Notes: generated from the sequence alone by a model not told the origin. A DNA stretch of 64,000 bases from Phoronis australis (GCA_002633005.1 NMRA01000621.1:1-64000); one strand, 5' to 3'; positions 12,885 through 24,612 are shown, counted from the stretch's first letter. Made by a program: numbers and translations.

Positions 12885-14029
12885 GGTCTCAATCTGACAA
12901 CTACTTCTCATCTGAATAAGAAACTTACTTATTCGGATGAGATGTAGTTTTGGTCTTATGAAAAACTGTCAGTTCATCATTGCTCGAGACAATGATTGGC
13001 GAATAAAATGACACGCGGGAACCAATCAAGCTGTGGAACATTTTCTCAAGAAAGAACGAATTCTCAGTTATTTCGCAGCTATTTTGATTGAGAAACAATT
13101 TGAGGCTAATTTTATAATGACAAGTAATCTAAGTCAAAATTTGTTTTTGTGACGAAATTTATAGCAGCTTAATGTTAAGTGGTTGCAAGCCAAGCTGTGA
13201 AGATGAGCACAACAATGTAAACACCAAAACTTAAACAATTATGAAATGTACAACTTAGAGAAAATATTATTACCCCTAGTGGATGTGGAACGGTAACGAT
13301 CCCGTGGACTTGTACAATGGGTCGGTGGGCTTGTACCAAATCGAAGACGACTGCAGCTGCTATGGCGACGATTACCGCTTTCATGATATCACGTCCAGAA
13401 AACGACACGGAGTGTTTCCCCAGAAAAGCATAGTCCTTTTTATGCTAAAATACGTGACACCGTTTGGGTCTTAATATTGGCAATTGGAGATAATATGCGC
13501 GAACATTCAATTCACTTAATTCTCACTAACACTCTGTCATTTTAAGCAAACCATTTTGCATGTAGGTTGTTCGACATCATGTCAGTCAAAGTCAAAGTTC
13601 CGCCCACAGAAAAAATGCCTTTGGGTACAGAGAAAAGTAAAAGTCTCCTGTACCAATTGCATCGTGATAGTTCATGTAGCCAGATAACGAAATTGGGTTC
13701 TGTTTAAAATGTAACCTACGCATTTGCTCTTCTACAATTTACTTGCGTCTTGAATTTCTCCAAGGTGTCACGAATTTTTCCAATTGTCCTCCACGTCTAT
13801 TCTTATGGTCGTCACTGGTGGACATCATCACATGCATTGGGGAGGTACACAGTACGCTTTTAACATATCCACCACGCACACATGCGACAACCAAGGTTTA
13901 AAGGACTCCATTGATGGAACTGCTGTAAGAGAGACCGGTCTTTTATTGAAAAAGATTGTAGCTCCTGGCGTGAATGTGTTTGATGGAATGGTCCTTTTTC
14001 TAGTTTGTACTGTAGTGTTGACTGGTCAT

Positions 14030-14145
14030 TCCTAAAATTCTGCCAGATTTCATTTGGCAGTTCTGGGGTGCGAATGTCAGACGGCAAAATCCGATTAATA
14101 CTCTGCCCTGCCCCCCTCCCTATTCAAAATCCTAGATCCGCCCTA
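14030..14145. mobile_element. Right half of a hAT-like MITE (homologous to 28815-28978)
   Basis: cctaaaattc...catttggcag...ctgccctgc...caaaatcctagatccgcccc is shared with the copy at 28860-28978. Confidence 0.7.
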
Positions 14146-15690
14146 GATGTCGATTAATAAGGCTGGTGAAAAGACGATACTAACATATTTACCGTCTTCA
14201 CAGTGGTTATTCGCCCAAGAAATTGACCATTTTGTGCTTCTACTCCACAGGTCTTGGCAAGCAAAGCGCACTTCTTGTCGTTGAATGCTTACGAAAAAAT
14301 CAATATCTTTCTGAATACATACGAGTCGCAAGACCTGGAATCTTTTCTGGAAATATGATTGTACTGGCTGTAGTGCAATGAGCGGATGTTCATTAAAGGT
14401 GAGCAGACCACAATTTCCGATAGGGATGTGTTCACACATGTGCAACTTCTGAGACTCCGACTACATAAGTACAGTGCTAAATTTTAGTTTTTATTTGTGT
14501 CCGAAGACTGTCGTTGATTCAAATTGCGAGATCACGTCACTGACACTTTCAGCGAAGTGTGTTTTGAAACCAGTTAAATTTTGAGGTAATGTGAACTTTA
14601 AGAATCTGGATTGATGGATAAATATAGAAAAGTGACCAGAACAAATTTAAATAGTAACTATAATACCCAAGGGACGAAGGGAAGGCATTTAAGTCCACAA
14701 CAGCACATCTTAAACTGTTGTGAGTTACCATTCGGATACGCAAAAATAACAAATCCGTGCAATGAAATGGTAAAACGATGTAAACTGACAAACGGAAGCA
14801 GTAATTCTGCTTTAATTGAAAATACATTTATGTATCCAGGACGAGTGTTGACTTTGTATCAATGTGTGATTTGTTTCTTAAATGAGATGTCATGCGAAAG
14901 CATGCTATGAAATGAAAGTAATTGAGAAAGGATATCTATAAATAAATGATATATAAATTATAATTGTGACTCATGACGTATAGACGTTTGTGCATTACGA
15001 ATCAGTCGGAATTTAACTTGTTGGGAAACGGGTTGTACGTGTAACATTCTGTGCACTTCGCTCAGCGTCCCACAAGGCAAAGTCAATTGCCTGTACAATC
15101 GAAAAACATTAATATCAGAACTTTTCAAATACCCGGTGCAGTATGAAGTCCACAATTTTGTATCCAGAGCAAGGTGGGACTCCCTTGTAACGTGGTTGTC
15201 ATAGCAACACTGTTTTCGGATTGCTTGGAAAGTTTGTACAACACGAATATCATTTTAGGAATTATTAACTTAGGAATTCCAGGGCTACTTTACATTGATT
15301 ATCGGGTCCACATTTCTGCACGTCAAATGAATATTAAAATAACATGAAATGAGTGTGATAATTATTTACATTGGACGAGGAAATAATTTTGCCGATTATT
15401 ACCTTTCATCATTTAGATATGAAAACTACAGGAAACAAATTACCGAAATTCTATCAGACTAATTTGCATCAAGGCTGGATCTGAAATGTGCATCCTAACC
15501 TTCTCCAACAACCTAAGAAAAGTACTGCCTTTTGCCCAGAACGTGCAGTGCCTCTCGATGGTCATTGAATGTGGGAGTCGATTGGCCATACTTCACGCTT
15601 GGAGGCGGAGTTTTATCTGCGTTCGATTGTAGGTTCGACTTCGTCACTGTCACGATGACGCCCTGCGAAACGCTAGTTCAAAACTAATTC

Positions 15691-15697
15691 TATAAAA
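15691..15697 (+). promoter_or_regulatory. Candidate TATA box of gene A
   Basis: TATAAAA lies ~95 bp upstream of the signal-peptide ATG at 15789. An upstream non-coding exon is also possible, because there is an acceptor-like ctatttcctcag at 15775-15786. Confidence 0.4.
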
Positions 15698-15788
15698 GGG
15701 TTGCTACCACAACTAGAGCTGTCTCGCGATTCTCCATAAAAGTTGAGTTTCGCCAGCAGCATAGCCCAAAATACCTATTTCCTCAGAA

Positions 15789-15857
15789 ATGAAATACTTT
15801 CTCGTCTTAGGAGTCGTACTCGTAACTTTGTTAAGTTGCGTGCAAACTCGAGACAAG
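15789..15857 (+). CDS. Secreted Cys-rich protein gene A, exon 1 (signal peptide)
   Basis: aaaATG context. Reads MKYFLVLGVVLVTLLSCVQTRDK (basic n-region, hydrophobic h-region) and ends at a perfect donor AAG|gtaagt, phase 0. Confidence 0.75.
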
Positions 15858-15962
15858 GTAAGTTTCTAACTATACTCTTTCTGTTGGTTTTCACCCATTG
15901 AGAACAATGAAAAACGCGTTTCGCCACCGGGAAAATATTCATAAAATGTAAGCATGTGGCCC

Positions 15963-16166
15963 TGGGGCCCGTTTGATGAAAGAACGTATGGTCGTAGGCA
16001 CGTTATTGCGATGTTTTTGTACTAGCGAAACGTTGCACCGGATGATACTTTTTCACATTTTGAAGGATAAAACTATCACAATATTGTTTAACCGTGTGCA
16101 AATACAAACGAGAGTTACTACAATCTTAGCTGTGACCGTTCTATAGACTTTTGATAAAATGGACCT
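15963..16166. mobile_element. MITE with Harbinger/Tourist-like termini
   Basis: ggggcccgtttgatgaaag at the left and cttttgataaaatggacc at the right form an imperfect inverted repeat. A related end occurs at ~44295-44318. Confidence 0.45.
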
Positions 16167-17622
16167 GTGAAAAGCATTTGGGTTACTTAGCAATCGATTT
16201 TCTAAATTCAAAAAGCGAATTTCGGTGTCATTTTCAGTGGCCCTTTTTAGGAGCGCCGCCAGTTATTAAAAAGTTTTGAATAACTTTTTTACAAATAATT
16301 ATTTAATATAAGCCAATTTCGGGATCATACCAGTTAACTTGATATTTGAATGAATTTGTCATTCATTTTGGTCCCGGATTACACAGCGGCACTTGAATCT
16401 CGCGGTATTTAGTACAACATCCGTCAACTAGTTCCTTGGCCTCGTTCTCGCACCATTAGAAGTTCTCGTGTTATATGCTGTGCCTTGCTATTTTCAATTT
16501 TTTTTTCAATTGTGTTGACTGTACTTGACTTAATGACAGTGAAGTTTTATTGTTGTGCTGAGTGCTACACCTTAGATGGCAGAAAGTTGGATAAACTTGA
16601 GGATTAACCGTAGGTGCGATATCAAATACACGAGAATTTGCGGTTGTCGTACAACGCAATTACGAGATGATCGCAGGAAGCATTTCTAGTTAATTGTTAA
16701 TTCCAGCTGAAATTAACCATCGGGGTAAGATTTTGTTTAATTAAACAGCTGACTGAAAAAAACGAAAATCGAATGGACCAGTACCGAATTACACAGTGAC
16801 ACTCAAATCTCGCTGTATTTACCCACAGTGCAGAAATATCCATCAGCCAGCTAAACAAGGCCAAGACCAGCTTCAAAACTTGTGACTGTTTCAAATGGTG
16901 TCTTCTAAAATTCAGACGTCTCGGATTTTATAGAAGCCGTAAAAGTTATACGGAGGCTGGCAAACGAAGTACACCCATTGCTGTCTTCGCTTTCAATTCA
17001 GCTTCGTCTGGTCACAAAGTTGTTGAACTAGTCTGAGTTTCGTAGGTCCAAAACTTCGACTTGTGTGGTAAAAAAAATCTTTTATGAAAAAGGATTAGTG
17101 AGTTCTGTCTCAGTACTTGTGAATTCTATCTCACCGACCAATCACTTTGGAGGCCGCCATGTTGGTAGATTACGCAAGTCTCGAGCATGTCCAGGGTTGC
17201 GTTTTATGGACCGAAAACCTTAGAGCTTGCACTTGCAGCGAAAATAATCGTTTGTGGAATCAAAACAGTGGATTCTCACTATCTCAGAATTCAACATTCC
17301 AACGTCACAAACCTGTTTTTCAGTGCCCACCACTTATCAAGGTACGATTGTAGAGTCTTGAGTGTGGTCGCGAAACACTCGCCTTTCATTTGTATGGTTT
17401 GTGGTGGTCTTGCGTGAATTCGCTTTTCGCGAAAGAAAGTTGGCCTACGCAACGTTACATTTCTACAATTTTGTGACGGCTTATTTACGAGTGTATATCA
17501 TTTCTCTGGCAGAAATTGATCTCATTAATTGCACTACTCTCTTCTTCTGGACGTGTGGACTCCCTAATAAAGATGAGTATGCTAATAATCCTGAGTGAAC
17601 CGTGATTCCATTTTTGTCACAG

Positions 17623-17758
17623 GTATGGATCGACATGCACAAAGGGCGCAGGTGCTCCGTAGCAGCTGATTGTAGAAATCCCGAACAATCTCTATGCTGG
17701 GGAGGAACGTGTTATTTTAACGTGCCCTGCAACAAGGACAATGATTGCAACTTTTATG
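17623..17758 (+). CDS. Secreted Cys-rich protein gene A, exon 2 (six Cys)
   Basis: Acceptor tttttgtcacag, 136 nt, phase 0 to 1. Reads VWIDMHKGRRCSVAADCRNPEQSLCWGGTCYFNVPCNKDNDCNFY(G)|gtgggt. The donor position is corroborated by paralogue B. Confidence 0.8.
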
Positions 17759-19054
17759 GTGGGTAAAAGTTTAATTGACATAGGCGTAGGGATAGTTTGG
17801 TTTAGAAGGAGCGCAACTCTCTCACAGGTCAACTCCAACTCCGTCTCCGCCACTACCCACTTTTTCGGCCCCAGGTGTTTCCCCTCTATTCCCAGTCTAC
17901 ACCAGTTTTACCTCATCCCCGTCAGTGCATTGCTGCCCCGTCGACATCAGATGTAACCCGACAACAGTTTTAACACCGCCGCGCCCTTTATGGTCGCTTT
18001 AGCAGGAAATTAAACATTATTAGGAGGGGAACACAAACTTATTCGTCTTTGCCAAACTTCTGCCAATGTGTTCCCAACGTCAGGTTCCTTGATATCGCCA
18101 CCGCTTCAACCTTCAAGTCATTGTCAAATTCGCACACTTCTAGCTAGGGCGAACTTTGCTGTTTGGGAAAAAAACGTGGATACAGCCAGCAGAAACTCGA
18201 TATCACTTCTTCAACAAACTTTCGAGAAATACACAAAACGTACCGAGAGTGGCGTACATGAAGTAATATCCCACGAGACATTACTCCGCGTATCGACCGA
18301 GACCGTTTGTATTTATCCCATGCGCTTCGAATCCCGAAGTTTCTTACATTTTTTCGGCAGATTTTTCAAATACTTCACCAAGACTGTTCACATGGCGGAT
18401 CACATCCTATATGTATGTAGGCCTACTTGAGCGTTAGGTTGCAAGTTTTCCCTTGTAAAAGACACAGTTTTAAAAGTAACGATTGATTTCTTGAAAAGAG
18501 GTATCAAAGATGAAAACAACGGCAACTGTGCAGTGAATTTGTAACATCTGGAAATAGTTAAAAAAACAACAATATTTGATATTTTAGTTTTCTAGGAATC
18601 GGCGCCTGACTGAGTTGCAGACGATATAGTAGGCCTATTCAGCAATTGAAAACTGAGACATAAGTGACTTATAATTAACAGTTTTGTTCCAGATTTTACG
18701 TTTAGGGCCTGGTTGTATGTCGAGTGTTAGTAACACTGCTGCAACTGTATTACTTTAAGCTATATTCGCAAAGTTTGATGATCGAACCGGCTAAAGACAT
18801 CGAGTCGACATTGATCTACCTTTTGAACTTTCCATGTCAGAGGTCGCTGTTGAAGTAGTGCGGGAGGGGAATACGGAAAACTTTATTACATGGTCGTATT
18901 TCCCTTAACATATTCAACGCGCATGGGATAAAAAGCGTTATCTTTAGACCTCTGCACGTTACAAGATAGCGTGTTTAGGGTAGTGTTTACCTCTTTTATG
19001 AATTTCATTTTATAAGGGTGCCAAAAAGATGTACCGCTAAAATCATTTTCAAAG

Positions 19055-19346
19055 GTACAAACGTAACGTTAGAAACCCTTACCACGGACTGCGAAGTCTG
19101 GAGAATAACGGAGAAAGAAACAGCACCATATCGGAATGAGTGTCGGACGGAACCTCGCGTCGGAAAATTCGGTAACGTTGTCGCCTATTTTCGAGACCAG
19201 ATTAGGGAGATTTGGGGTTATGTATTGAATGGGTACACTTTGAAAGGGTGCAGTGCCGGTGTCCATGGTACATTGCCTAGAACGCTGTTTCAAAATCCTT
19301 TCTTGAAAAGGTTTCCCAAGTCCCAAGTAGCAACCCCCGGGAACAG
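19055..19346 (+). CDS. Secreted Cys-rich protein gene A, exon 3
   Basis: Acceptor cattttcaaag, donor AG|gtaatt, 292 nt open, phase 1 to 2. Reads (G)TNVTLETLTTDCEVWRITEKETAPYRNECRTEP...ATPGN and lies within ORF 19018-19350. Confidence 0.7.
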
Positions 19347-19618
19347 GTAATTGACATTGCTGATATAACGCTTTCTAGCGCTTTATGGACGCAACTGTTA
19401 TTGTTGTACATTGTATTTTTTGTAATAAACATTAAAACAAAAAATGAAATGTCCCCGGAATTCATCATCCAGAGTCCAAATCCACAAAGTTCAGCCTGTG
19501 TAGTTTCAAAGCATCATTAATTTTTTACAAGGTTAGCTTATAATGTAAACAATTTACGAATTGGTCCACTTCGACCATAGATGTAGTAACACGTAATTCA
19601 AACCCTTTTAGGCTACTT

Positions 19619-20023
19619 GTGGCCGGTTGCATGAATCAGTCCCAAATAGGATCTCGGCTAAGTCCCCTAAATCTTTTGCGTATTCGTTTCACTATTTACT
19701 CACGGATGTGATATTTTTCTATCACTTTATCTTTATTATGAGCTCCTCTTTGACGGATGACATTTTCTAATAATATAACTGAAAACTGAGCCCTACATTC
19801 TATCAAAATAACAAGGGACTTAGCTATTAAATTGGGAGCGTTGCATGAAAAATTCCCAACTTAATTTTAATAGTATTGAGAAATTAACGTATACTTCACT
19901 CTCGATTTGTATCAAACACAAAACTCAAGCAGTATAAGAAAGGACATTCAGTGTTTTCATGTGCCCACAAATATGCAGATATTTCAGGGAACTTATTCGG
20001 GACTGTTTCATGCAACCGGGCAC
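19619..20023. mobile_element. ~400-bp MITE, Harbinger-like termini, in gene A intron 3
   Basis: gtggccggttgcatgaatcagtccc at the left and gggactgtttcatgcaaccgggcac at the right form a terminal inverted repeat. Confidence 0.75.
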
Positions 20024-20367
20024 TGAGGAACACAAACTCGACATTTTAAGCCGCCACATGCCAACACGTTGTAAATCCTAAAGGCACACACAGCGCTTGA
20101 ATTAACTGGTGGCACATCTTCATTATACGGACTAAAAGCGCATTTCGGGGTTGTTGCAGGACAGGACGGGCTGTACATAAAAATACTTCTTTTCGAGCTT
20201 TTTTTAAGTATGTATGGTCCAATAAGAGCACTTTTGATGCGAAGATGATTCATATCGCAATTTAAAAACTAGTGGGACTCCAAAGGGTAAAATCCAACCT
20301 GATAATTGACGAATGTTCTGTAATTTTTCTTTCTTCCACAACTTTTTTTTCTGTATCTTTTACTTAA

Positions 20368-20593
20368 CAGGGACGCGTGCCGCGGAGGGATTAGGAGGGC
20401 ACGTGCCCTCCAACAATTTTCAAGTATGAGAGTGAAACCTGTGCGGCGACCGGTGCAGGCGTCGAGCAGGAACAGTCGAAAAGTATAATTTCTTTCTTGA
20501 CGCCTGTACCGGTCACCACGAAAATTTCATTGTCACCTCTGCACATTGTTGGAGAGCACGTACCATTCTGTTCCTCCGCTTCCTACGTCCCTG
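20368..20593. mobile_element. hAT-like MITE (CAGGG...CCCTG)
   Basis: Termini cagggacg / cgtccctg. Subterminal inverted repeats gcacgtgccctccaacaa / ttgttggagagcacgt. Confidence 0.75.
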
Positions 20594-20598
20594 TTCAG

Positions 20599-20737
20599 TA
20601 AAAGCTACAGAAAAAAAAACTTGTGGAAGAGAGAATATTTTAAGGGATATATGAACATTCGACGCCTAAATCGGTTCACCAAGAAAGTTTCACCTCCACA
20701 TCTGCAATTTATTGGGGGCACGTGGGCGCGCCATTGA
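20599..20737 (+). CDS. Secreted Cys-rich protein gene A, candidate terminal exon 4 (very basic)
   Basis: Acceptor ccctgttcag. Phase 2 is compatible with exon 3. Reads (S)KSYRKKNLWKREYFKGYMNIRRLNRFTKKVSPPHLQFIGGTWARH*. The total CDS is 636 nt. Confidence 0.5.
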
Positions 20738-21122
20738 AAGTTTACGTTGCCTCAAATCAAAAATACATGGTTTTAAATTCGCTATCTCAGTTAAAGTCCT
20801 TCTCTCAAACTGCCCATGTGGTTCCAGTATCCGAAAATACTTACTACATAAAATCTTATTTTCGACACCCTTTCTTTATATTCTTTTCGCCTTTCTTGCC
20901 AAAAGCGGTTTTTTAACAGTATTTGACCCTTCTCTGTGAGCGTATAATTACCGGCTGTCACCGGTTATTTCCGTACCCACATTTCCGGCTCATCAGTTCA
21001 GGAACTTGTCCTGAACGCCGCCATTTTTTCCTTGTAACTGAATGTGCTATGGCTTGCTCGAAAAGTCTTCATTATTTTGTTTTATTAGTAATATCTCGTG
21101 ATTCGTTTGCATATGTAGTGTA

Positions 21123-21797
21123 NNNNNNNNNNNNNNNNNNNNNNNNNNNNNNNNNNNNNNNNNNNNNNNNNNNNNNNNNNNNNNNNNNNNNNNNNNNNNN
21201 NNNNNNNNNNNNNNNNNNNNNNNNNNNNNNNNNNNNNNNNNNNNNNNNNNNNNNNNNNNNNNNNNNNNNNNNNNNNNNNNNNNNNNNNNNNNNNNNNNNN
21301 NNNNNNNNNNNNNNNNNNNNNNNNNNNNNNNNNNNNNNNNNNNNNNNNNNNNNNNNNNNNNNNNNNNNNNNNNNNNNNNNNNNNNNNNNNNNNNNNNNNN
21401 NNNNNNNNNNNNNNNNNNNNNNNNNNNNNNNNNNNNNNNNNNNNNNNNNNNNNNNNNNNNNNNNNNNNNNNNNNNNNNNNNNNNNNNNNNNNNNNNNNNN
21501 NNNNNNNNNNNNNNNNNNNNNNNNNNNNNNNNNNNNNNNNNNNNNNNNNNNNNNNNNNNNNNNNNNNNNNNNNNNNNNNNNNNNNNNNNNNNNNNNNNNN
21601 NNNNNNNNNNNNNNNNNNNNNNNNNNNNNNNNNNNNNNNNNNNNNNNNNNNNNNNNNNNNNNNNNNNNNNNNNNNNNNNNNNNNNNNNNNNNNNNNNNNN
21701 NNNNNNNNNNNNNNNNNNNNNNNNNNNNNNNNNNNNNNNNNNNNNNNNNNNNNNNNNNNNNNNNNNNNNNNNNNNNNNNNNNNNNNNNNNNNNNNNN
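21123..21797. other. Assembly gap (N run)
   Basis: Run of Ns. Confidence 1.
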
Positions 21798-24612
21798 TAA
21801 CCAGCCCGTAATTTCATGCAAGTGTCTGAAACTACCCTTGAATATATGCAGCATTTATGATTTGACCATTTTACTTCGACAAAACAGCTTGCAACCGCAT
21901 GCATTTACCGTTCGCCAGTGTCTGGTCTCGATCCGCACCGGGTCCGATAGGCTGCGGTCCCGAGTCTGGCAAAATAATTTCTGTCAAAATTTTTTCGTCA
22001 CATTTCTTCAGCAAATTCGATAAAATTGTCCGTAGTTTGATTTTATTAAAATTAAGGCACGTTGTCGATTATTTTATCCCCGTTTGCTGGCTGGTAACAG
22101 TACAGGCACTGCTCCAGTCGCACTGACGGCGTTTTCTCGGCCTGGGTTCCTGAATGAATTGTACTTCCGGGTTCGCGGCAAGTTCAAACTGGCGGTGGTT
22201 CTTCGGGTGCGAATCGTGAGTGGCGCGTTCATTTAAACTTTTTTCGAGTACGGATTGTGTATAAGTTATGGGGTAAGTACTTCTTGGATCCTTATAACAT
22301 CCTCTAACCATGTAATAAGGGTTAACAACGCGTGAGAGAAGGACTTTAAGTCGCCATATAACAGTAACTACAGTGTAGCCGTTAAGCGGGTTCCGTTGAA
22401 ATGCAAGTTCTTATGATTGGCATTAGCGTTGAATTCAGCTACAACATGTGTAGTGGGAGCGTTCGACCAATTTTCTGTCTTAAGTCACATTCACGAAACA
22501 GGCGTGTGGCCATGAATGGGATGATATTCTTTAGACTGTAGTGTGGCGCTACCTTTTATTTCCTCTCATAACTTAGTGCTGCAATATGTGTCATGTTATT
22601 GGAACCTCGCCGCCTTCGGATGTCTCAATTCTATTGACTGGAACTATTGCAAACCATAACAATGAAGATAACTACAATTGACGCATGCAGTACTGCTGTG
22701 ATAATGTAAACTACGTGAATCCTATTTAACAAGTTGTTGTTTGTTATGCCTATTTGTTTGTCGATCGCTCTAATTACTTCTTTTGGCAAACTGCATATTG
22801 TTTTGTTTATACTTCTTCAATCTTTAACAAAAACACCTGTATGTTACCTAGGCAATGCAGATATCAGACCCCATCACCCTCGTCCTCAGTGCTACATGTC
22901 ACCGTCAACGAGACACTCTATTTATGGAATTGGCATTTGCATGTTTCCTTCCCTAGCAAGAGGTAAGGAACGTTTAAGGGTGCATGTGGCACCAGGGCTG
23001 TTTGGGTGTTGTTGAACTGAGATGAACCAATACATTTTTATTAGAATCAATTTTTTGTACGACTTAGGGAAGAAAATGCATATTGATGAATTTTACATGA
23101 CTAAACTCATAACGGTATTCTCTATTGAATGGTTAGTACGTTTTGAAAGTTTAACTTACATTTGTTTTGTGTACAAACGCTACCCTTCTTTTTTCTATTC
23201 CGTCGTAAAACTTTAGTCGTGAATAAGATCAAAACATATATGTCTTAACTCTCATCTTATATTACGGTCCAATATCGTCGCAAAACATTTCGTACAGTTT
23301 GACAGAGATACATTTAATGTTGGCAAAGTTTAGCTTGTCGGAAAATACGACTTCTTGTCTCGTTTTGTCGGCTCCTGATTTTGAGCTTCCTGTTTTACAG
23401 GAAGACAATTCCAACGTGTTCCTGGGAGCGACATCGTAGCGTATCATCACCGTTTGGCGAACGCAAGACGTGGTTAAAGGGTTTGCTTGCGGTCGCGACA
23501 TGTCTGCTTTCACAAGGCGCGCATACCGTTGAGAAGAGAACATCGCAAAAACATAAGGTCACGTAAGAATTTGCGAGAAATCGCTTCTTTCGCGAGATTC
23601 TTACGTCTACGGAAATCCTTACAGGTGTTGCAAGTTTCATAAATTTGAAATTGTCAAAACTCATTATAGATTAAAATATCAGAAGAATCTTCTCGCCGTC
23701 TTCAACTTGTGGATTGTTATCGATAGGCGGTCTGGTATAACATGCTTGTTATTAATGAATAATATAAGATGCAATACATTCACTTCCTTTCCCATTGATG
23801 TCCAAGCGCATGCGCTGCACAACATAACATGTGGCTACGCATACAATGACTATTTACAAAGAAAACCTTAAAACTAAAGTCAATTAATAAATTAAACTTT
23901 CTGAGAACTATTATGAAGCTCGGAGTTGCCTGCTCCGTTAGTGACAAGACGCATTCCGAGCCCTTGGTTTATGTGCAATCTACATTCTATAAAAACTGTG
24001 AAGATTTTTTGCTCAAGTTGAAAAGGCTTCGAGTTGCTGCAGAAAGCATCAACGTTCTCTGATTGCCGTACACACGAGGCAGACGATAAGAATTCAAGCA
24101 AATTTACAGCTTCGTCCCCAAGTCTCAAGATGGCGCTGATTGATTTAGCCATTGGGGTTTGCTTATAGAAAATACCTTGTGCGCAATGAGTGGCCGCTGC
24201 CTTGGCGTCATTTAAACAAAGGCAGATTTTAATTATTTTCACAGGCGTTGTTGCTGCCATTCATGAAACAGGAGGCACTGTTTTGGTTATTGTTTGCGCA
24301 CTAATTTTCAATTTTTTTATTAGTAGTATACTCATTTGTCCGTTTTCGAATCAAAATACATAACAAATAAAGAACTAAATTGCTGCAATATACTATTAGA
24401 TTTCATTTTTATATTATACTGCAGAAAATTTCAAAGTTGATACAACTTTATGTTACTCGTGATATTCCACCGATGTCCGTTAAAAAATGTCAGATTTCCG
24501 ACACCTATCATTTCCCATAACGAAGCCTGAAATGGCTAAGCCGACTAACGCTATCTTGATGCGTGGGGACGAGGCTGGCAAATTTACAGCTGTCTATTAC
24601 ATACGCTTGGAT

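Larger units (their letters stand above)
11186..14745 (+). pseudogene. Decayed C-type lectin-like locus (possibly two domains or two copies)
   Basis: Signal-peptide-like exon MKFIALFFHLNGCNGQ(G)|gtgagt (11186-11234). ALRHCHRASKDLATL at ~11911-11955. WMWNG...EDDC...FHDITSRKRHGVFPQK at 13280-13426, where the expected Cys residues are replaced. A frameshifted exon 14251-14398 contains AHFLSLNAYE / QYLSEYIR. NCCELPFGYAK at ~14713-14745. These fragments resemble CTLD motifs in the expected order but carry stops, frameshifts and Cys losses. Confidence 0.45.

Noticed and set aside
20923-22023. Long ORFs of 260-366 aa
   Set aside because: Artefacts of the N gap.
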